Positions 61,784 to 64,000 of a DNA stretch of 64,000 nt are shown here, in pieces. The notes below the pieces were generated by a model. The model saw nothing but the letters and a program-made list of their open reading frames with translations, was not told the origin of the DNA and ran no database searches. Source of the DNA: Azolla caroliniana (Eukaryota; Plantae; Polypodiophyta); assembly GCA_043228905.1 (NCBI GenBank), contig JBHGNT010000018.1, forward strand, positions 496,001 through 560,000. The letters run 5' to 3'. Made by a program: the position numbers and the translations under genes. Each line of letters begins with the position of its first letter. Positions within the stretch are counted from its first letter, which is position 1.

Positions 61784-64000
61784 AGTAGATAGCAAAGAGA
61801 AAGATAAGAAACTTGTGAATCACACGAGTATACTATATTAATTGGTACTTAGGTTGTTAAGAAAGAAGTAGATGCATAAATCGTGAATCCCACGAATAAT
61901 TTTTATATTGATCAATACTTAATCCAAAAAAATAACCAACCCTTATACATCTTTCTCTCCTCCTTATATAAGGACGAAAGAGGCTAAGTATAGCTTCTTG
62001 CTTTTCTAAAGTTGCATACTTTACTTTTCCCACTACAATTTCCTAAATTTAGCATTCATGCTTGCTAGATGTGCATGCGTAATTTTATTAGTGTGCATAT
62101 AAATAAAGTTTTCACGCATTCTAAAAATGTATGAGTTACCTTTTAATAAAGGTAGCCGAAAATAAAGGTTTTATACATATTAAATCTACATTTGAAACAC
62201 TCAGAATAAGTTAGTATAATGGTAAGGTTGGAGTTTGTTTGCGTGGAGGTGTAGGGTTCGAATCTTGCCCTATGCACGTTGTCGTGAAGATTTTCGGCTA
62301 TAGTGTGAAACCGGGGTGGAATGGGCAAGTTGGTGGTGTGCAACATGTGCACATGTATACTAGGATATGGTGTATAGAAAGAGCAGGGTAATTTTATCCC
62401 ACATTGTAAGGTCCCTCCCTCCTTGGGCTATAAAAGGTAGGGAGGGGTCACTTATGAGGGGTTGCCTATTTTGAGGGAGAGAGGCATACCACTTAGGTCG
62501 AGGGTTTCCTATTCAGTTTTAGGGTTTCAGTTAGGGTTTTACTATACTTCGCTACTTGCTTATTCTTTAGGGTTTTCTCATAATCGTTTGGTGCGGCCAT
62601 GGCAGCCACCATTGTAAAGCATTTATGTTTCTTTAAACTACCTTGTTGAGTATCTTGCCTCCGTTTATTCTATGTTATTGTCTTATTCTTTCTCATCTCC
62701 TCTTGAGCTAAGCTTCCATTTTGCGTGTTATTCTTTCTCCTCTACTCCCTAGTCCGAGACCCCCGTGGTCCCGCCCCTTCTACACGCACGCGCGTAACAA
62801 CGCAACGTAACAGAAATTTTAATGTTTCTTTTATTTATAATTGTGTCTCTTCATCCCGTAAGAGACTCTCACCGGCCTTCTTCATCCGGCTCTTCCTTGC
62901 CGGTTCCTCTTCGTCTGGTTCTCACCGGGTATTTCATTCTCTATCTGGATGGACAAAATGCAATATCCACGTAGTGTGTAAATTACACTATGACACTCAC
63001 CACCTCTAAACCCGCACATCCTCCGGTATGTGCCGAAGTTCCCGATGTTCTATATTCGCCTCCATCCGTATCGCTCTTCGAATCTTCCCTTATGTCGACT
63101 ACGAGTTGAAGTCCACTTTCTTTGCTATCCGCATCGCCGCGATCTTTGTCCGGTTGCTCCTCATTGTCGGTCTCCTCTATGGTTACATAAGATTCGTTGT
63201 TAGTCCGCTTCTTGAAGATCTTCACCCGTTTCCCTGCTATAGGCACTCGTAGTATCGTTCCATCCAACTCACTTAGTCGGTAAGTTCCGTTGTCTAAAAC
63301 TTTCTGAACCACATATGGGCCGAACCACCTTTTTGCAAACTTCCGTACCGTTGTATGTTGATGATCCAAACTACTGTCATAGACAATCACCCAATATCCT
63401 TCTTCAATCTTCCGTGGCCGTAGTCGGTGCTTGGTGTCGAACCGGCTTTTGTTCTGGAGTCGCGCTTCTTGTTGTCGGCGTGACTGAGTTCGTCGCGCCT
63501 TGTGGTAGCGTACACATCCGGACTAATCCTATCGGTGTCCGCATGGTAGTGATGTCTCGGCTCTCCACGGCTAGTTAGAATTGGTCATATCCGGAGTATA
63601 GGTCTCCGATGGAGTATATCGCGCGACCGGCAAATGCTTCCACAAATTCGTCCACTATCGGACCGACTCTGGAATTCCGGATCGTGACCTTGTTCACCGG
63701 TTGCAAGTCTTGGATAAATCGGAGTGACCCATTCTTCTTCGGAACTGTAAACCATCGATTTGAGTACGGAGCGTTTGATGGCTCTAGAATCCCTATCGCC
63801 ACCTTCTCCTTGAGCAAGTCGATGACTTTCGGAATATGCGCCCGTGGCACCGGAATCGGCTTCAGGCTCCACGGCACATGGTCAATCGTGAAGATCACCA
63901 TCGGCTCCACTATCTTCGGATCAACGCGCCCTATCTCCTTCGATGTAAATGCAAATGCTTTTCCATGTTGTTCCAACATCTCACGAAACCATTCTTCTTC
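61784..64000 (-). mobile_element. Second copy of Gypsy family G2 in opposite orientation (RT fused by deletion to integrase tail, PPT, 3' LTR 62995..61784); runs off the window
   Basis: RT 64000-63480 similar to 60520-61035; integrase tail KFAKRWFGPY..IAGKRVKIF; PPT agaggtggtgag; LTR is the reverse complement of 57985-58668. Confidence 0.9.
62280..62804 (+). mobile_element. Solo LTR (third Gypsy-like family) inserted in the G2 LTR with 4-bp TSD ACGT
   Basis: TGTCGTGAAG..AACGCA; ACGT at 62276-62279 and 62805-62808; the uninterrupted site is visible in the other G2 LTR (ctgttacgtgcatagg near 58170); internal TATAAAA near 62428. Confidence 0.85.

Overview
Eukaryotic land-plant genomic DNA: AT-rich, GT-AG introns, telo-boxes, and a transposon complement that suggests a seed-free plant such as a fern, lycophyte or bryophyte (inference). 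One intact type II phosphatidylinositol 4-kinase gamma gene (gamma5/6/7-like, + strand) lies tail-to-tail with a tandem array of five type II metacaspase copies on the - strand. Three copies are intact (7568-9419, 24318-25781, 40898-42340). Two belong to a catalytically dead sub-lineage (DSCHSG->DSGHCG); one of these also has SGHG->NDRG and the other carries a 55-aa internal repeat. Each duplication unit carried along the 3' end of the PI4K gene, and dead and live copies alternate. The array is heavily invaded by transposons: two copies of an RTE-X-like LINE, nested Ty1/Copia and Ty3/Gypsy elements, a full-length hAT element with 8-bp TSD that carries captured VTI1 SNARE and group-D MAPK exons, and related MITEs. 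Most unusual observations: (1) the LINE 3' UTR has a perfect 14-nt complement to its own ORF2 start-codon region, overlapping an alternative 3' stem-loop; (2) four Gypsy insertions all abut ACGT, two with a visible 4-bp TSD; (3) an identical 23-nt hairpin precedes the PPT in two Gypsy families with unrelated LTRs; (4) the dead/live metacaspase pairing and hypervariable patches next to conserved active-site motifs. All coordinates were read by eye; no database searches were run.
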